From Alphaproteobacteria bacterium (GTDB taxonomy: Bacteria > Pseudomonadota > Alphaproteobacteria > UBA7887): a DNA stretch of 64,000 nt. This document shows, in pieces, positions 42,416-54,295 of this stretch; position 1 is the first letter of the stretch; each line of letters starts with the position of its first letter. The stretch spans positions 2,784,001-2,848,000 of the forward strand of contig CBDCGL010000011.1 of the NCBI GenBank assembly GCA_965216755.1, given 5' to 3'. The notes under the pieces were generated by a model. The model was not told the origin of the DNA, did not search any database, and saw only the letters and a program-made list of their open reading frames with translations. A program made the position numbers and the translations under genes.

Positions 42416-43423
42416 TCAATTGCACCGCGCGTCAACGTAGCGGAGCAAGCGCCAGGTGTTGCGATCAAAATACGGGCCCCACATTTCCTTTGGGCTGTTT
42501 ATGTATTTGAATGAGTTCAGGCCGATTGCGTAGTTGTTTGCACCGGACTGCCCCACTTTCAAATCACCGATCCAACTGCCACCGCTGGAACCGCCACCGA
42601 AGGAATTGCGTTTCATTTCGACGACGCCATTGGTCACGCGCCCCCGCCAGCCTTCAATAACTTGCATATACTTGCCACTGTCAAAGTTGCTGGGATAGCC
42701 GATCGAATGAAATCGACGATAAGGGATGCCCGTGCGAAATCCGAGATGTCCTCCCTTTGACGCTTGCGCCATGCAAATAAACGCATAATCCCACTTGTAC
42801 GGCCATTGCGCCGTGTACCAATTCTTGTAGATGGCGATGAATCTCGGCGATGCAAGTTGACCATTGCCATTGGCGTAGGCGCGGTAAAAACGGTGATTGT
42901 TGTACCAGCGTTTGTTCCTTCGATCATAAACGCAATGTGCGGCCGTCATCAGCACACGGCGATCAGCCACATATTGTGCCGAGCAATACGCCGTTCTAGG
43001 CGTTCTAAAATAGAGTTTGCCGCCGGCGGAGAACGGGAAAACCTTTACATTCGCGCGACGTGACGCGCCAAGGGCCGGGTCTTCCAAATCCTCATCGCTG
43101 GCGTCCTCGGCCTGCGCCGACTCGATCACTTCCGGCTCTGAGTCCGCCAGTTCATCAATCATGTCGGCCTCGGTCGGCGCCAGAAACTCCTCGAATTGCT
43201 CTTCCGAGATAACCGGCAGTTCGACAGGCTCGGCAAACTCTAGCTGTTCCTCAACCCAGAAGGCGTCCGCCTCTGCCGCCATGTCCTCTTGAATTTCGAG
43301 GACATCGATAGACTGGTCTGCCGCGCCCCCTTCATCTCCAGTGTCAATATCTTGAGCAAGAGCGGTGCCCGCCAAGATCAAGCAAGCTCCGATCATGCTC
43401 ATAGGTCCACGCACACACATCAT
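42416..43423 (-). CDS. Secreted trypsin-like serine protease (V8/glutamyl endopeptidase-like) with acidic propeptide
   Basis: Signal peptide, GKLYF, YCSA, MTAAHCVY (His), WDYAF (Asp), IGYP, GGSSGGSW (Ser). GAGGGAGG RBS before ATG 43423. Confidence 0.9.
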   Translation of the reverse strand: MMCVRGPMSMIGACLILAGTALAQDIDTGDEGGAADQSIDVLEIQEDMAAEADAFWVEEQLEFAEPVELPVISEEQFEEFLAPTEADMIDELADSEPEVIESAQAEDASDEDLEDPALGASRRANVKVFPFSAGGKLYFRTPRTAYCSAQYVADRRVLMTAAHCVYDRRNKRWYNNHRFYRAYANGNGQLASPRFIAIYKNWYTAQWPYKWDYAFICMAQASKGGHLGFRTGIPYRRFHSIGYPSNFDSGKYMQVIEGWRGRVTNGVVEMKRNSFGGGSSGGSWIGDLKVGQSGANNYAIGLNSFKYINSPKEMWGPYFDRNTWRLLRYVDARCN

Positions 43424-44073
43424 GATTAACCTCCCTCTTTCTAAAAACCCAAGTCTCCAATAAACGAGAAACAAACATTGCAACAAACAAACCTAACCGC
43501 GTAATTTACCTGGGATTGTTTCATTCGATACCAAACATGGATTGATCGACTGCTTTCCATACTCTCTCATTGTTCAAAAATACTGTTTATATTGGTAGAC
43601 TTAATTGTCCTTTCCTCAGCATATCGCATTGCAATTACTTGCTTATTTTTTTTCTGAAAGTATTTATTTGTATTTCATTTCCTCGCGAAGGAAGAATGTC
43701 AAACAAACGCCGGCACACATTCAACATGGCGATCTGCAGGTCACCGCAGAAAGAACCCGTATTACGTGTGTTTATGGACCATAACACACGTTAAAGTCGT
43801 TATTCTACTGAAAAGATTTCCTCGGCAACAAAAAGACTGCCACCGATTCTAATTCGGGAATTTGTTATGGCATCACGCGTTTGGGGGATATTCGGTCACT
43901 CTGGTGGCACCATTCCGGCTGCGCGACTTGGACGTCAATGCCACGTAAACGCCAACAGCCGACGTAATAGTTCACGTGCGGCCAGCACGTTCTGTTTTCA
44001 TTCGTCCGACTTAAAAACAATCACAGCGACCGCTGACCTACCAAGTCGAAGCGCTGTATTGCTATCAATCGCG

Positions 44074-45486
44074 TCAGATATGGATGGTATGGCCGAAAGA
44101 GGCGACGGCGGCGGCTTCCATCACCGCTTCGTTGAGCGTCGGATGGGCGTGACAGGTGCGCGCGATATCTTCCGCCGCGCCGCCGAATTCCATTACGATG
44201 GCGGCCTCGGCGATGAGCGCGCCGGCGTCGCTGCCCAGAATGTGCACGCCCAGCACCCGGTCGGTTTGCGCGTCGACGAGTACTTTGCACAGGCCCGCGG
44301 TGTGGCCGACGGTCTTGGCTCGGCTGTTGGCCATGAACGGAAATTTGCCGGCCCGATAGTCGACGCCAGCCGCCTTCAGCTCTTCTTCGGTCTTACCGAC
44401 CGAGGCGACTTCGGGATCGGTGTAAACCACCGCCGGGATCACGTCATAGTTCACCGCACCCGCCTTGCCGGCGATGCGTTCGGCGACCGCGATCCCCTCA
44501 AAGGATGCCTTGTGCGCCAACATCGGCCCGGGTATGACGTCGCCGATCGCATAGATTGACGGCACATTGGTACGAAACGCGGCGTCGACGGTGATAAAGC
44601 CGCGACCATCGGTGGCCACACCCACACCGTCCAATCCCAAGCCATCGGTATGGGGCTTCCGGCCCACCGCAACCAACACCACGTCCGTGTCGATGGTTTC
44701 GCATTTGCCACCGGCCGCCGGCTCGATGGTCAGCTTGACGCGATTGCCTTTGGCTTTGGCGCCGGTGACCTTTGACGATAGTTTGAACGCCAGGCCCTGG
44801 GCCGAAAGCTGACGATGAAATTGCTTGGCGACCTCACCATCCATGGTTGGCACGATGCGATCAAGAAACTCGACCACGGTGACAGTGGTGCCCAGGCGCG
44901 CCCAAACCGACCCCAGCTCCAGCCCGATATAGCCGCCGCCAACCACCACCATCGACTGCGGCACGGCGTCGAGCGCCAGCGCGCCGGTCGAACTGACAAT
45001 GCGTTGTTCGTCGATGTCGAGCCCCGGCAGCGTCGTCGGCACCGACCCCGTGGCGACGACAATATGATCGGCGCCGAGCTGTTGGGTGGCGCCCGAGTCC
45101 GATGTCACGATCACTTCGTTGGTGCCGCTGATACGGCCGGCGCCGGCCACGTGGCTGACCTCGTTCTTTTTGAACAGGCCTTGAATGCCCTTGGTAAAGG
45201 TACCGACCACCTTGTCCTTTTCCGCCATCATGGCCGACAGGTCCAAGGACAGGCCCTTGGTCTTGATGCCATGGGCGGCGAAGTGATGGGCCGCCTCGTA
45301 ATAGCGCTCGGACCAATGCAGCAAAGTTTTCGAAGGAATGCAGCCCACGTTCAGACAAGTGCCGCCCAGAGTCGGGCGGCTTTCGACACAGGCCACCGAA
45401 AGACCCTGTTGGGCGGCGGCAATCGCGGCGACATAGCCGCCGGGTCCACCGCCTATGACAACGACATCATGGTTGGCATCGGCCAT
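44074..45486 (-). CDS. lpdA: Dihydrolipoyl dehydrogenase
   Basis: GGGPGGYVAAI, GGTCLNVGCIPSK, GPMLAHKA, HAHPT. Confidence 0.98.
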   Translation of the reverse strand: MADANHDVVVIGGGPGGYVAAIAAAQQGLSVACVESRPTLGGTCLNVGCIPSKTLLHWSERYYEAAHHFAAHGIKTKGLSLDLSAMMAEKDKVVGTFTKGIQGLFKKNEVSHVAGAGRISGTNEVIVTSDSGATQQLGADHIVVATGSVPTTLPGLDIDEQRIVSSTGALALDAVPQSMVVVGGGYIGLELGSVWARLGTTVTVVEFLDRIVPTMDGEVAKQFHRQLSAQGLAFKLSSKVTGAKAKGNRVKLTIEPAAGGKCETIDTDVVLVAVGRKPHTDGLGLDGVGVATDGRGFITVDAAFRTNVPSIYAIGDVIPGPMLAHKASFEGIAVAERIAGKAGAVNYDVIPAVVYTDPEVASVGKTEEELKAAGVDYRAGKFPFMANSRAKTVGHTAGLCKVLVDAQTDRVLGVHILGSDAGALIAEAAIVMEFGGAAEDIARTCHAHPTLNEAVMEAAAVASFGHTIHI

Positions 45487-45507
45487 CCGAGCGCCCTCTT
45501 TAGCTGA

Positions 45508-46791
45508 CTAAATATCCAACATGATGCGGTGCGGGTCTTCGATACATTCTTTGATCCGCACCAGGAAGGTCACGGCCTCGCGCCCATCGATGATGCGATG
45601 GTCATAGGACAAGGCCAGATACATCATCGGCCGCAGTTCGATCTTGTCACCCACCGCCATCGGCCGCTTGTCGATCTTGTGCATGCCGAGAATCGCCGAC
45701 TGCGGCGCGTTCAAGATCGGTGTCGACATCAGGGAACCATAGACACCGCCGTTGGTGATCGTGAAGGTGCCGCCGGTCATATCCGACACTGTTAGTTTGC
45801 CGTCACGCGCTTTTTGGCCGAACTCTTTGATCGTGCGCTCGACATCGGCGAAGCCCATCTGGTCGGCATCGCGCAGGACCGGCACTACCAAGCCCTGGGG
45901 CGCGCCGACCGCGACGCCGACGTTGTAGTAATCCTTGTAGACGATGTCGTCGCCATCGATTTCGGCGTTGACCGCTGCTTGCTCTTTGAGCGCGACGATC
46001 GCCGCCTTGACGAAGAACGACATGAACCCCAAGCGGATGCCATAGCGCTTTTCAAAGCCATCGCGATATTGGGCACGCAACGCCATCACATTGGTCATGT
46101 CCACCTCGTTAAAGGTGGTCAGCATGGCCGCCGTATTTTGCGCTTCCTTGAGCCGGCCAGCAATCGCCCGGCGCAGGCGCGACATCGGTTCGCGGCGTTC
46201 GCGTGCTTCGCCGGCCGCCGGGGCGCGGACGGGGGCCGGCGCGGGTACCGGCGCCTTGGCGACAGGCGGAGCCGGCGCAGGTGATGGCGCCGGCGGCTGT
46301 TGCTGCTGTTCCAGCGCGGCCAAGACATCACCCTTCAGGATCCGCCCATCCTTGCCTGTCGCAGCAATGGATTCGGGCGCGACGTCATGTTCGGCGAGCA
46401 AACGCCGCACGGCCGGCGACATCGGTATGCCGGCGCCCGCGTCGGCATGCGGCACGGATCCGGTTTCCGGGCTCACCGGCTCTGTTTCCGCGGGCGCCCC
46501 CGCGCCATTTCCCGACTTGCTCGTTGGGGCCGTTGGGGCCGCGGCCGGGACCTCACCCTCAGCGATGCGGGCCAAAAGCGCGCCCACTTCAACATTCTCG
46601 CCTTCGCTGACGATCACTTCGGCCAATGTACCGGCGCTTTCGGCGACCACCTCCAGATTGACCTTATCGGTCTCCAACTCGACGATGACTTCGTCACGCT
46701 GAACCGTTTCGCCACTTGACTTGAACCATTTGGCAACCGTGGCCTCGGTCACGGATTCGCCTAGCTCTGGCACCACAACGTCGATCGTCAT
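45508..46791 (-). CDS. sucB: 2-oxoglutarate dehydrogenase E2 (succinyltransferase)
   Basis: GESVTEA, ETDKV lipoyl domain, [22 protein letters not shown]. Confidence 0.98.
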   Translation of the reverse strand: MTIDVVVPELGESVTEATVAKWFKSSGETVQRDEVIVELETDKVNLEVVAESAGTLAEVIVSEGENVEVGALLARIAEGEVPAAAPTAPTSKSGNGAGAPAETEPVSPETGSVPHADAGAGIPMSPAVRRLLAEHDVAPESIAATGKDGRILKGDVLAALEQQQQPPAPSPAPAPPVAKAPVPAPAPVRAPAAGEARERREPMSRLRRAIAGRLKEAQNTAAMLTTFNEVDMTNVMALRAQYRDGFEKRYGIRLGFMSFFVKAAIVALKEQAAVNAEIDGDDIVYKDYYNVGVAVGAPQGLVVPVLRDADQMGFADVERTIKEFGQKARDGKLTVSDMTGGTFTITNGGVYGSLMSTPILNAPQSAILGMHKIDKRPMAVGDKIELRPMMYLALSYDHRIIDGREAVTFLVRIKECIEDPHRIMLDI

Positions 46792-46837
46792 TGTTCACAC
46801 CACCTTCGACTTATCGCAACTGTGCGCCGCACCCAGA

Positions 46838-49624
46838 TCACCCATGCACCAGCGCCTCGTCGATTAGATTTGCCTGTTCACGCTGATGCACCTTGATGAA
46901 GCCGGTGGCCGGCGAGGCCGCTTCGTCGCGTCCGGCATAGCGCGGCCGCGTGGCCTTCACATCCAGACTGCCCAAAACGTCCTCAATGCGTGGTCCAACA
47001 AATGTCCAGGCGCCCATATTCTTGGGCTCTTCCTGACACCACACGACGTCAGCATTTCCATATTGAGAAAGTTCAGCCGCTAATGACTGGTCTGGAAACG
47101 GCGCCAATTGTTCGATCCGAACAATCGCGACGTCGTCGATGCCGCGATCTTCGCGCGCCTCGAGCAGATCGTAATAGACCTTGCCCGTACATAACACCAC
47201 ACGCCGGACATCGGCCGCTTTAGCGATTTTCTGGCTCTCTGGCAGCACCCGGCGAAACGCGCTGCGCCCGCTAAACTCGGCCAACTTCGACACGCAGCGT
47301 TTGTGGCGCAACAGTGATTTCGGCGTCATCAGTATCAGCGGTTTACGGTACTTGCGATGCAGTTGGCGACGCAGCACATGGAAATGATTGGCCGGTGTCG
47401 TGCAATTGGCGATCTGGATATTGTCGTCGCCAAACAGTTGCAGGTAACGCTCCAAGCGCGCCGAGCTGTGTTCCGGCCCCTGGCCCTCATAGCCGTGCGG
47501 CAGCAGCATCACCAAACCCGACATACGCAGCCATTTGCTTTCCCCAGAGCTGATGAACTGGTCGATGATCACCTGTGCACCATTGGCGAAATCGCCAAAC
47601 TGGGCTTCCCACATGACCAGGCAATTGGGATCGGCCAAGGTGTAGCCATATTCGAAACCCAGTACCGCCGCCTCTGACAGCATCGAATCGATGACCTCAA
47701 ACCGGGCCTGGTCCGGCGCCAAGTTGTTGAGTGGAATATAGCGTTCTTCGGTGAGCTGATCGGACAAAACCGCATGCCGCTGGGAAAACGTACCACGGCC
47801 GCTGTCCTGGCCGCTGAGGCGCACCGGCTTGTGCTCGACCAACAAGGTGCCGAACGCCAAGGCTTCCGCCGTTGCCCAATCGATGGCGCGGCCGGTTTCG
47901 ATCGCGGTGCGCCGGGTCTCCAGGAACCGCGCGATTTTGCGATGCGCATTGAACCCTTCGGGAAAGCGGCACAACGCCGCGCCGATTTGTTTGAGCGCCC
48001 CGGTCGGCACCGCGGTCTTGGCCTTTGGCTCGCCTTCCGGCGGCGCCTCAAACCCGGACCACTTGCCTTCCAGCCAATCCGCCTTGTTGAGTCGGAAGCC
48101 CTTCGACGCCTCGAAGTCTGCATCCAACCTGCTATGGAAATCGCGCAGCCGCTTGTCGGCCTCACCGGCCGTCAACACACCGTCGGTGACCAAACGCTGG
48201 GTATAAATCTGCCGCGTGGTCGCGTGTTCGGCGATCTTTTTATACATCAACGGTTGGGTGAAACTGGGCTCGTCGCCTTCATTGTGGCCATACCGCCGGT
48301 AGCAAAATATGTCGAGCACGACGTCGCGATGAAAGTGACAGCGATATTCGGCGGCGAAGTGGGCCGCGTGGGCAACCGCCTCTGGATCGTCGCCATTCAC
48401 ATGGATGATCGGCGCCTGCACCATTTTGCCAACGTCAGACGGGTAGGGCGAGGAGCGGGAAAACCCAGGGCTGGTGGTAAAGCCGATCTGGTTGTTGACG
48501 ATGATGTGAATCGTGCCGCCGGCGCGATAGCCGCGCAGTTCGGACAAGCCAAACGTTTCGGCCACCAAGCCTTGGCCGGCGAATGCGGCATCGCCATGCA
48601 ACAAAATGCTCATCACCCGCTTGTGCGCCAAGTCGCCAATCATAGTTTGCTTGGCACGTACCTTGCCCAACACCACCGGATTGACCGCCTCTAAATGTGA
48701 CGGATTGGCCGTCAGCGATAGATGCATGGGCTTGCCATTGCTCAGCTCACGATCAGCCGAGGTGCCAAGATGGTACTTGACGTCGCCCGAACCCTGGACA
48801 TCTTCCGGGTTGGCGGCCTCGCCCTGAAATTCGGCAAACAGCTGCTGATAGGATTTGCCCATCACGGTGGCTAGTACATTCAAGCGGCCGCGATGGGGCA
48901 TGCCCAAGACAATCTCGTCGACGCCCAAATCGCTGGAGACGCGAATAATCGATTCCATGGCGGGGACCAACGATTCCGCGCCTTCGATGGAAAACCGCTT
49001 GGCACCCCGATATTTGAGATTCAAATAGCGCTCAAAGCCCTCTGAGCGTTCCAGCTGATCAAGAATCTCCATCCGCTCCTGCGCCGAAAAAGCGGTCCGA
49101 TTGAGCGTGTTTTCGACCCGCTGCTGAATCCACGATTTCTCCACCGGATATTGGATATGCATGAACTCGACACCGATCTTGGTGCAGTAAACCTGCTGCA
49201 AGATCGACAGGATTTGACGCAACGTCGCGGTTTCCTGGCCGAGCACGCCATCGATAAAAAAGCTTCGATCGAAATCAGAGTCGGTGAAGCCATAGGTGGC
49301 CGGATCAAGTTCCGGGTGATGGCGTTCGGACTCAAGCCGCAATGGATCAAGATCGGCAATCAAATGACCGCGCACCCGATAGGCGCGGATCAGCATCAAA
49401 ACGCGCAACGAGTCGCGCGTGACACGGCGCGCCGCGTCGGCGTTCTCCGCGCCCGTCGCCTGCGCCGCACGCAGCCCCAAGCCCTCAGGCGCATCGCTGA
49501 GTTCCTCGAAGAACGTCCGCCAACTGGGGTCGACCGCCGCCGGATCGCTGCGGTAGGCCTCGTAGATCTGCTCCAGGAATGCGCCATTGGCCCCGGACAA
49601 GAACGAAAGATCACTGGTCTGCAT
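46838..49624 (-). CDS. sucA: 2-oxoglutarate dehydrogenase E1
   Basis: GMPHRGRLN, GDVKYHLG, HGDAAFAGQG, WEAQFGDF, PHGYEGQGPEHSS. Confidence 0.99.
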   Translation of the reverse strand: MQTSDLSFLSGANGAFLEQIYEAYRSDPAAVDPSWRTFFEELSDAPEGLGLRAAQATGAENADAARRVTRDSLRVLMLIRAYRVRGHLIADLDPLRLESERHHPELDPATYGFTDSDFDRSFFIDGVLGQETATLRQILSILQQVYCTKIGVEFMHIQYPVEKSWIQQRVENTLNRTAFSAQERMEILDQLERSEGFERYLNLKYRGAKRFSIEGAESLVPAMESIIRVSSDLGVDEIVLGMPHRGRLNVLATVMGKSYQQLFAEFQGEAANPEDVQGSGDVKYHLGTSADRELSNGKPMHLSLTANPSHLEAVNPVVLGKVRAKQTMIGDLAHKRVMSILLHGDAAFAGQGLVAETFGLSELRGYRAGGTIHIIVNNQIGFTTSPGFSRSSPYPSDVGKMVQAPIIHVNGDDPEAVAHAAHFAAEYRCHFHRDVVLDIFCYRRYGHNEGDEPSFTQPLMYKKIAEHATTRQIYTQRLVTDGVLTAGEADKRLRDFHSRLDADFEASKGFRLNKADWLEGKWSGFEAPPEGEPKAKTAVPTGALKQIGAALCRFPEGFNAHRKIARFLETRRTAIETGRAIDWATAEALAFGTLLVEHKPVRLSGQDSGRGTFSQRHAVLSDQLTEERYIPLNNLAPDQARFEVIDSMLSEAAVLGFEYGYTLADPNCLVMWEAQFGDFANGAQVIIDQFISSGESKWLRMSGLVMLLPHGYEGQGPEHSSARLERYLQLFGDDNIQIANCTTPANHFHVLRRQLHRKYRKPLILMTPKSLLRHKRCVSKLAEFSGRSAFRRVLPESQKIAKAADVRRVVLCTGKVYYDLLEAREDRGIDDVAIVRIEQLAPFPDQSLAAELSQYGNADVVWCQEEPKNMGAWTFVGPRIEDVLGSLDVKATRPRYAGRDEAASPATGFIKVHQREQANLIDEALVHG

Positions 49625-49698
49625 AGTTCATCTTCACCCGTCACACAGACACGCCGCGCTGCGCGGGCGGCCCGGCGGGCGCCATGTGCGGGCGGTGC

Positions 49699-50574
49699 CT
49701 AGCTGTTGAGCGCCGCCTGCATGGTTTGACCGATTGTCGCCGGCGAGTCGGCAACAATGACATTGGCTTCCTTCAGGGCCGCGATTTTCTCCTCGGCGCC
49801 GCCCTTGCCACCCGAGATAATCGCCCCGGCATGCCCCATGCGCCGTCCCGGTGGCGCGGTCAAACCGGCGATAAAGCCGACCACCGGCTTGGAATTGCCG
49901 GCTTCGACCAAGAACGCCGCGGCATCTTCTTCGGCCGTGCCGCCGATTTCGCCGATCATGATCATCGCCTCGGTTGCCGGGTCTTCCATAAAACCCTGCA
50001 AGCAGTCGATGAAATTCGTGCCGTTGACCGGATCGCCACCAATCCCAACACATGTGCTTTGGCCCAATCCGACCGCCGTCGTCTGGGCCACAGCCTCATA
50101 GGTCAGGGTACCTGAACGCGAGACGATGCCAACCTTTCCCGGCGTATGGATGTGGCCCGGCATGATGCCGATCTTGCATTGCCCCGGGGTGATCACGCCC
50201 GGGCAATTGGGGCCGACCAAGCGCGTCTTTGACTCGCCCAAAATGCGTTTCACGCGCACCATATCGGCCACCGGTATCCCTTCAGTGATGCACACCACCA
50301 AATCGAGCCCGGCATCAACCGCCTCGAGAATCGCGTCGGCGGCAAATGGTGGCGGTACATAGATCACCGAGGCATTGGCGCCGGTGCCGTCAACAGCTTG
50401 GCGCACAGTGTCGAACACCGGCAAATCGATATGGGTGCTACCGCCTTTGCCCGGCGTGACGCCGCCAACCATGTTGGTGCCATAGGCGATGGCCTGTTCC
50501 GAATGAAAGGTGCCTTGCTGACCGGTAAAACCCTGGCAAATGACCCGCGTATTCGCATCGATAAATATGGCCAT
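49699..50574 (-). CDS. sucD: Succinyl-CoA ligase alpha subunit
   Basis: [32 protein letters not shown]. Confidence 0.99.
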   Translation of the reverse strand: MAIFIDANTRVICQGFTGQQGTFHSEQAIAYGTNMVGGVTPGKGGSTHIDLPVFDTVRQAVDGTGANASVIYVPPPFAADAILEAVDAGLDLVVCITEGIPVADMVRVKRILGESKTRLVGPNCPGVITPGQCKIGIMPGHIHTPGKVGIVSRSGTLTYEAVAQTTAVGLGQSTCVGIGGDPVNGTNFIDCLQGFMEDPATEAMIMIGEIGGTAEEDAAAFLVEAGNSKPVVGFIAGLTAPPGRRMGHAGAIISGGKGGAEEKIAALKEANVIVADSPATIGQTMQAALNS

Positions 50575-51743
50575 CAGGCTGCTTCCCTTACCGCGGCGAC
50601 AACCTTGCTGGCAGCGTCGGCCAAATCCGTGGCCGGCACGATCGCCAATCCCGATTGCGCGAGAATGCGGTTGCCGAGTTCAACGTTGGTGCCTTCCAAC
50701 CGCACCACCAGCGGCACATGGACGCTGACCTCGCGCGCCGCGGAGACAATGCCCTCGGCGATCACGTCACAGCGCATGATGCCACCGAAAATATTGACCA
50801 ACACGCCTTCAACATCGGGGTCGGACAAGATCAGCTTAAAAGCTTCCGTCACCCGCTCGCCGGTCGCGCCGCCACCGACATCCAGGAAATTGGCCGGCGC
50901 GCCACCATTGAGCTTGATGATATCCATGGTCGCCATGGCCAGGCCGGCGCCATTGACCATGCAGCCGATCGTGCCGTCGAGCTTGATGTAGTTCAAATCG
51001 TGGCGCGATGCTTCCAGCTCACGCGGGTCTTCTTCGCTTTCGTCGCGCAATTCGACGATTTCCGGATGGCGAAACAGCGCGTTGTCGTCGAAGTTCATTT
51101 TCGCGTCCAAGGCGATAATGTCGCCGGCGCCGGTCACCACCAGCGGATTGATCTCAACCAGGCTGGCATCGGTGGCGATATAGGCATCGTACACCGCGCG
51201 CATGAACTTGACCGCCGCGTTGACCTGCCGTCCTTCCAATCCCAATCCAAACGCCAGTTGCCGGGCATGAAACGGTTGCATGCCGACCGCCGGGTCCACG
51301 GTCACGCGGTAGATCTTCTCCGGTGTCTTGGCCGCCACCTCTTCGATATCCATGCCGCCTTCGGCCGAAGCCATGACAGTCACGCGACTGGACGCGCGAT
51401 CGAGCAGCACGCCGAGATAGAGCTCGCGCGCGATGTCGCAGCCTTCTTCGATGTACACACGGCTGACGCGTTGGCCGGCCGGTCCGGTCTGATGGGTGAC
51501 CAGGTTCATGCCGATGATTTCCTCGGCGAACTGGCCAACTTCATCGAGCGAACGGGCCAGTTTGACACCGCCCCCCTTGCCGCGCCCGCCGGCGTGGATT
51601 TGGGCTTTGACAACCCAGACCGAACCGCCGAGTTCCGAAGCGGCATCGTGGGCTTCCTTGCGCGTATAGGCAACGCGGCCACGGGGCACCGCGACGCCGA
51701 ACTTCGACAGAAGCGCTTTCGCTTGATATTCGTGAATGTTCAT
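50574..51743 (-). CDS. sucC: Succinyl-CoA ligase beta subunit
   Basis: [38 protein letters not shown]. Confidence 0.99.
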   Translation of the reverse strand: MNIHEYQAKALLSKFGVAVPRGRVAYTRKEAHDAASELGGSVWVVKAQIHAGGRGKGGGVKLARSLDEVGQFAEEIIGMNLVTHQTGPAGQRVSRVYIEEGCDIARELYLGVLLDRASSRVTVMASAEGGMDIEEVAAKTPEKIYRVTVDPAVGMQPFHARQLAFGLGLEGRQVNAAVKFMRAVYDAYIATDASLVEINPLVVTGAGDIIALDAKMNFDDNALFRHPEIVELRDESEEDPRELEASRHDLNYIKLDGTIGCMVNGAGLAMATMDIIKLNGGAPANFLDVGGGATGERVTEAFKLILSDPDVEGVLVNIFGGIMRCDVIAEGIVSAAREVSVHVPLVVRLEGTNVELGNRILAQSGLAIVPATDLADAASKVVAAVREAA

Positions 51744-51902
51744 CTTGGCATGCCTGCGGTTATGCGACCGCGAACGGGATCGGAGCCGCGGCTTGGGCTA
51801 TCCCTATGTTTATAGGTTTCAAACGCACGTGGACAACCGCGCAGCGATGGATTTCTGGCGGAATTGCACCAGATCGCGCGCGTTGCGATCACCCCCCACG
51901 GT

Positions 51903-52994
<1,092 letters not shown>

Positions 52995-53112
52995 CTATTG
53001 TGGATACGGTGTTGCGGGATTTCGGATTGTCTTGAAATTGCGGGCACCCAACGCGGCCGCATGACGGTTTCGTAGCTTAGATTACCGGTCTCTGCAAGGC
53101 CCAGGCCACGGT

Positions 53113-54234
53113 TTACGCCGCGCGTTCTTGTCCCAAATATGTGGACGTTTGCATTTCGATGAGCCTGGAAACGGTTCGCTGAAATTCGAATGCGCCCGTG
53201 CCGTGGGGATACAGGGCTTCAGGTGGACCGTCGGCGCTGCACAGCAATTTCACACCTTGCTCATAGAGAACATCGATCAAGGTTGCAAAACGCCGCGCCT
53301 CATTGCGCTGTTCCGGCGCCATGCGCGGGATCTGTTCCAGGAACACCGTATGATAGCGCGCGGCGATGGCAAGATAGTCCGCCGCGCCGAGCGCCGCACC
53401 GCATAGTTCATTAAAGCTGAACCTGGCGATGCCGCCATGGGCCACAGGCACCGTCATTGTCCGCCCTTGGACGGTTAGACTTTCCTCGATCGCCTCGGCA
53501 TGGCCGACCAAGCGTGCGAAACACTGTTCCAAGGCAGCCGCGCTGTCGCCGTTGAGTGGCGTGAAATAAACCGCCATATCGCGCAAACCATCAAGGCGAT
53601 AGTCGTGCCCACCCTCAAGCGCCAAAATGTCTAAGCGTTCCTTGAGTAACGCAATAAATGGCAGAAACCGATCCCGTTGCAGTCCCCCCTGATAAAGTTC
53701 ATCCGGTGCCCGGTTCGACGTCGCCACCACCACCACACCACGGTCAAACAACGCCGCAAACAGCCGCGACATGATCAATGCATCGGCCACATCGCGCACT
53801 TCGAACTCATCAAAACACAGCAACCACGCCTCGGCCGAGAGCGCGTCGGCGAGCGGCGGAATCGGGTCGGCGGCACGTCCATTGCGGCGCGCCCGCATTT
53901 GCTGGCGCCAGGCGTGAATACGGCCATGTACGTCGACCATGAAACGATGGAAATGGGTGCGTCGCACCGACTCGGTTGGTGCGGCATCGTGAAATAGGTC
54001 CATGACCATGGTCTTGCCGCGACCGACACCGCCAAAAATATACAGCCCCAGTGGCGGCGGCGCCGGTTTGGCAAGCCCCAAACGGTGCCGCCAACCGCGA
54101 TCACCGGGCTGGTGATGTCGCAGTCGGCGATGGAGCAATTGCAGCTTTTCCACCGCCAGTTCCTGCGCGGGATCAGGGCGCAACGCGCCCGTCGCCAATA
54201 GTGCCCGATAGGCGGCAATCGGTTCGTCGGTCAT
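53113..54234 (-). CDS. zapE: AFG1/ZapE family ATPase
   Basis: GGVGRGKT Walker A, CFDEF Walker B, TSNRAP, RTVSRLIEMQ. Confidence 0.95.
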   Translation of the reverse strand: MTDEPIAAYRALLATGALRPDPAQELAVEKLQLLHRRLRHHQPGDRGWRHRLGLAKPAPPPLGLYIFGGVGRGKTMVMDLFHDAAPTESVRRTHFHRFMVDVHGRIHAWRQQMRARRNGRAADPIPPLADALSAEAWLLCFDEFEVRDVADALIMSRLFAALFDRGVVVVATSNRAPDELYQGGLQRDRFLPFIALLKERLDILALEGGHDYRLDGLRDMAVYFTPLNGDSAAALEQCFARLVGHAEAIEESLTVQGRTMTVPVAHGGIARFSFNELCGAALGAADYLAIAARYHTVFLEQIPRMAPEQRNEARRFATLIDVLYEQGVKLLCSADGPPEALYPHGTGAFEFQRTVSRLIEMQTSTYLGQERAA

Positions 54235-54295
54235 GACAGTGATATAGGCCGCGACGCCGCCATTCACCGTCGGCGGCGCCGGGCGAGTTTGCGCC

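Noticed and set aside
43570-43794. 74-aa ORF in the AT-rich spacer
   Set aside because: TTG start, atypical codon usage, no RBS and no motif.
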